The notes below the pieces were generated by a model. It was not told where the DNA came from, did not search any database, and worked only from the letters and a program-made list of their open reading frames with translations. A DNA stretch of 63,996 nucleotides, counting the filler, from a bacterium (GTDB taxonomy: Bacteria > JAMORN01): NCBI GenBank assembly GCA_027063545.1. It is 16 parts of 16 records of this genome, joined end to end, with 100 filler letters (N's around TTAATTAATTAA, not from the genome) between each part and the next. Parts side by side here need not be neighbours in the genome. Positions count along the whole stretch, not along the records: positions 60,852 to 63,996 come from JAMORN010000292.1; 15 more parts are not named here. One strand, given 5' to 3'. The translations under genes were made by a program, and so were the position numbers. Shown one piece after another: positions 60,852 through 63,996 of this stretch. The first letter of the stretch is position 1; every line of letters begins with the position of its first letter.

Positions 60852-62633
60852 ACAACTATATTAATAATTATAATAGCATATCTAAGTACCAATATGACAA
60901 TAAAATTTCAAATAACAATAATGATTATTATAATTCTATCTCTAATATCATTCTATTTAACACCTAGCAATTTTTTAGAAATAAATAAAGTAAATCTATG
61001 GAGTTCTCCAGAAGAAGGATATACCTTTTGGAAAGTATATTCTATATTCTTTCCTGCTGTTACAGGTATTTTAGCAGGGGCTAGTTTATCTGGAGATTTA
61101 AAAAACCCTAGAGAAAATATACCTAAAGGAACATTATGGGCTATAGGAATTACCTTTATTATATATGTATCTCTTGCTGTTATGTTTGCATTTACTTCTA
61201 CAAGAGAAGAATTACTAACAAATACAACAATTATTATAGATAAAGCAAGAATTCCTGCTTTAGTTATAGCTGGTATAATGGGAGCAACAATCTCTTCTGC
61301 AATCGGTAGTATTCTAAGTGCTCCTAGGGTCTTACAAGCAATGGCTGAAGATAAAATTATACCTTTTTCAAATTTCTTTTCAAATAAAAGTAAAAGTGGA
61401 GAACCTAGAAATGCTATAGTTTTCACAGGTCTTATTGTTATTATTACTTTAATCTTAGGAAAATTAAATTCTATAGCTACAATTATAACAATGTTTTTTC
61501 TTATTACCTATGGTATGTTAAATATAATTGTTTTTATAGAAGAATATTTAGATTTAATCACATACAGGCCTTCAATAAAAGTACCTAAATATATTTCTTT
61601 ATTTGGTGCTATAGCTTGTTTTTCAACAATGTTTTTAATTAATAATATATTTAGTATTATTGCTTTAATTTCCATTATTGTTATATATATATACCTTCTA
61701 AAAAAAGAAAAAAGGCTTATGGATACTGATATAAGAAGCGGTATTATACATGCCCTAGCAGAAAAATCATCACAATTGGCAAAAAATATAGAAAAAACAA
61801 AAGTAGTATGGACACCTAATGTTTTAATTGTCGGTGACCATGAATATTTTAAAAATTGCATTGATAAAGATAGAAGAATACTTGTTGATATATTTGGGGG
61901 AAAAAAAACTAATATATTTATGTTTGATTTTAATGAAAAAAAAGATGATAAAATAGTAAATGATTTAAAAAATTATTTTCCAGAATTTAATATAATCCCA
62001 TATGGATGTTCTCTAAACTCTTCTCTTGAATTTGGTACTGAAACTGTTTTAACAATATTAGATTCCATTTTATATAAACCTAACATACTATTTATTAACT
62101 TATGTGATAATAAAAAAGAAAAAATAGAAAAATGGAATAATATAATAAAGATAACAAAACATCATAAATTAGGAATTGTAATATATAAAAAATATGATTT
62201 ATCAAATAAAGAAAAAGTTGAAAATAACAATTACAATATGGAAGATAACAACATAAACTTATGGCTTAGAGACAGAACTCCAAATAAACATTTAGCTATA
62301 TTATTATCTATAATGATTGTTGAATCTAAGCTTAATAAACAAGATAAACTACAATTAAATCTAATAACTGTGGAAGAAAAAGAAGAAGATTTTGATAAAG
62401 GAGAAGAGTTTTTAAATTCTTTAATAGAAGAAGCCAGATTACCTTCTTCTACAACAAAAAGAGTTATTATTGGTAACTTTAAAGAAGCTTTAGAAAAAGC
62501 ACCACCTGCTAAATTTAATATTTTTGGATTAAACTCATATAAAATAGATGATATAATATTTAAAATATCTGACATTGTAAAAACAGATGTATTATTCATG
62601 AAAGATTCTGGTCAAGAAGATGCATTCATTTAA
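60852..62633 (+). CDS. Prokaryotic cation-chloride cotransporter (SLC12-like APC transporter), 5'-truncated
   Basis: FFPAVTGILAG...SGDLKNP...IP.GTL.AI, APRVLQAMA.D, TMFFLITYG..N, W.PN.L, and a large cytoplasmic C-terminal domain. Confidence 0.88.
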   Translation, partial: TTILIIIIAYLSTNMTIKFQITIMIIIILSLISFYLTPSNFLEINKVNLWSSPEEGYTFWKVYSIFFPAVTGILAGASLSGDLKNPRENIPKGTLWAIGITFIIYVSLAVMFAFTSTREELLTNTTIIIDKARIPALVIAGIMGATISSAIGSILSAPRVLQAMAEDKIIPFSNFFSNKSKSGEPRNAIVFTGLIVIITLILGKLNSIATIITMFFLITYGMLNIIVFIEEYLDLITYRPSIKVPKYISLFGAIACFSTMFLINNIFSIIALISIIVIYIYLLKKEKRLMDTDIRSGIIHALAEKSSQLAKNIEKTKVVWTPNVLIVGDHEYFKNCIDKDRRILVDIFGGKKTNIFMFDFNEKKDDKIVNDLKNYFPEFNIIPYGCSLNSSLEFGTETVLTILDSILYKPNILFINLCDNKKEKIEKWNNIIKITKHHKLGIVIYKKYDLSNKEKVENNNYNMEDNNINLWLRDRTPNKHLAILLSIMIVESKLNKQDKLQLNLITVEEKEEDFDKGEEFLNSLIEEARLPSSTTKRVIIGNFKEALEKAPPAKFNIFGLNSYKIDDIIFKISDIVKTDVLFMKDSGQEDAFI

Positions 62634-62663
62634 TCTACTTATTTTAATTTATAAATAAAAAAT

Positions 62664-62737
62664 TGGGCGGTACAGGATTCGAACCTGTGACCTCTTCCCT
62701 GTCAAGAAAGCGCTCTTACCAACTGAGCTAACCGCCC
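62664..62737 (-). tRNA. tRNA-Val (GAC)
   Basis: GGGCGGT-TA-GCTC-AGTTGGTAA-GAGC-G-CTTTC-TT-GAC-AG-GGAAG-AGGTC-ACAGG-TTCGAAT-CCTGT-ACCGCCC-A. CCA is not encoded. Confidence 0.96.
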
Positions 62738-62742
62738 AAAAA

Positions 62743-63552
62743 CTACTTAAATTCTTTAATATATCTAATTACTCCTCTTTCTGAAGAAAGAATAAAATCT
62801 GAAATAAGTTGAGCGTATTTGTTATTTTTATATTTCTCTTTTATGATCTCTGCTGCTTTTCTTAAAGGAACCTTTAAATCAACATAAAGTTCATCATACA
62901 ACTTTGAAATAAAATGAATATCCTCTTTACTAAAATTTAGTCTTCTAAGCTTCTCTATATTTATATGATGAAATACTAAAGGATCATCTGCTGCCAACGC
63001 AAAAGGCGGAATATCTTTATTAACCTTACTACCTCCCTGAATAAAAGAATAGGCTCCTATTTTAGAAAATTGATGAACTATTACAAATCCTGATAAAGTA
63101 GCATGATCCCCTACTTTACAATGTCCTGCTAAGGTTGCATTATTTGACATTATAACATAATCACCTAAAACACAATCATGGGCAATATGAACATATTCTA
63201 ACAAAAGACAATTTTTACCTATGATTGTTTTAATATTTTCAGAAGTCCCTCTATTTATTGTAACAAATTCTCTTATAATAGTATTATCTCCTATTTCTAA
63301 ATAAGTCTCCTCTCCCCTATATTTTAAATCTTGAGGATCAGTTCCCAAAACTGCAAATGGAAAAATCTTTACATTATTTCCTATTTTAGTATTTCTCTCT
63401 ATATATACATGATGACCTATTTTTACATTATCCCCTATTTCAACATTATTACCTATTATAGAATAAGCTCCTATTGATACATTTTTGCCTATCTTTACAT
63501 TTTCTGATATTACTGCTGTAGGGTGAATTCCTTTTTCAACTACAGGTTCCAT
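62743..63552 (-). CDS. lpxA: Acyl-ACP--UDP-N-acetylglucosamine O-acyltransferase
   Basis: IHPTAVI, hexapeptide repeats, PQDLKY.GE, IREFVTINRGT, HIAHDC, LAGH, VHQF. Confidence 0.97.
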   Translation of the reverse strand: MEPVVEKGIHPTAVISENVKIGKNVSIGAYSIIGNNVEIGDNVKIGHHVYIERNTKIGNNVKIFPFAVLGTDPQDLKYRGEETYLEIGDNTIIREFVTINRGTSENIKTIIGKNCLLLEYVHIAHDCVLGDYVIMSNNATLAGHCKVGDHATLSGFVIVHQFSKIGAYSFIQGGSKVNKDIPPFALAADDPLVFHHINIEKLRRLNFSKEDIHFISKLYDELYVDLKVPLRKAAEIIKEKYKNNKYAQLISDFILSSERGVIRYIKEFK

Positions 63553-63573
63553 AAACTACTCCAATATATAAAA

Positions 63574-63996
63574 CTATTTTTTTCTAAAAGTAGCCATCAT
63601 TTCTGCTTCTGCAACCAATTCACCATCAACAAATGCTCTTCCTTTTGTTTTAGCAATAAGACCTTTAACCTTTTCAACTTCTATTTCATAAATTAAAGTA
63701 TCACCAGGGATAACAGGTTTTCTCCATTTTACTTTATCTACACTCATAAAATATATCACATAATCTTCTATATTATCAACTAAACTTGCAAGTAATACTC
63801 CTGAAGCTTGTGCCATCCCCTCTACTATTAAAACACCAGGCATAATAGGATGTCCTGGAAAATGCCCTTGAAAAAATGGTTCATTAATTGTAACATTTTT
63901 TAATGCCTTAATATACTTTCCTTCTTCCATCTCAAGTACTCTATCAACCAATAAAAATGGATATCTATGAGGTAAATGATTCATTATTTCAATTAT
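63574..63996 (-). CDS. fabZ: 3-hydroxyacyl-ACP dehydratase FabZ (start outside window; may be the C-terminal half of an LpxC-FabZ fusion)
   Basis: [38 protein letters not shown]. Frame open to the window end (IIEIMNH). Confidence 0.95.
   Translation of the reverse strand: MIEIMNHLPHRYPFLLVDRVLEMEEGKYIKALKNVTINEPFFQGHFPGHPIMPGVLIVEGMAQASGVLLASLVDNIEDYVIYFMSVDKVKWRKPVIPGDTLIYEIEVEKVKGLIAKTKGRAFVDGELVAEAEMMATFRKK

Noticed and set aside
937-62599. Short antisense or nested ORFs in the track (e.g. 937-1161, 8464-8727, 12777-12998, 19222-19470, 30483-30776, 36187-36531, 38948-39331, 51685-51981, 60953-61426, 62231-62599)
   Set aside because: They lie opposite or within well-supported genes and have no recognisable motifs. 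They are shadow ORFs.
1-63996. CRISPR array, rRNA, IS element or prophage
   Set aside because: No direct-repeat/spacer array, rRNA-like GC-rich stretch, transposase or phage structural gene was recognised by eye.
1-63996. Alternative genetic code suggested by very low GC
   Set aside because: Conserved genes are uninterrupted under the standard bacterial code, Trp is encoded by TGG, and TAA, TAG and TGA all end genes at the expected positions.

Overview
This window is not contiguous DNA. It consists of 16 short contigs (about 3.9-4.1 kb; the complete ones fall steadily from 4052 to 3863 bp) joined by artificial 100-bp linkers (N44-TTAATTAATTAA-N44). That layout fits a fragmented draft or metagenome-assembled genome, so gene adjacency is only meaningful within a contig. 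The source is a very AT-rich diderm bacterium (lpxA, fabZ, lolC/E-lolD, beta-barrel proteins, batABC, group II GGGP synthase, ftsH-folP-cdaA); an FCB-superphylum, possibly Fibrobacterota-related, lineage is inferred. Most genes are housekeeping. The most notable observations are: (1) a seamless in-frame fusion of ribosomal proteins bS6 and bS18, with ssb absent, still preceded by an S6:S18-type autoregulatory leader RNA; (2) an un-annotated 59-aa FlgM-like gene behind a near-consensus sigma-28 promoter; (3) an Agl/Glt-like envelope locus (TPR protein, two SH3 + GltF-like paralogues, a lone MotA/TolQ/ExbB, an outer-membrane barrel); (4) a glycan-modification cluster with two radical SAM/SPASM enzymes; (5) a GGGP synthase overlapping wza/wzc genes. 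There is one tRNA-Val(GAC). No CRISPR array, rRNA or IS element was seen. All protein assignments are from motif recognition by eye; no database searches were run.
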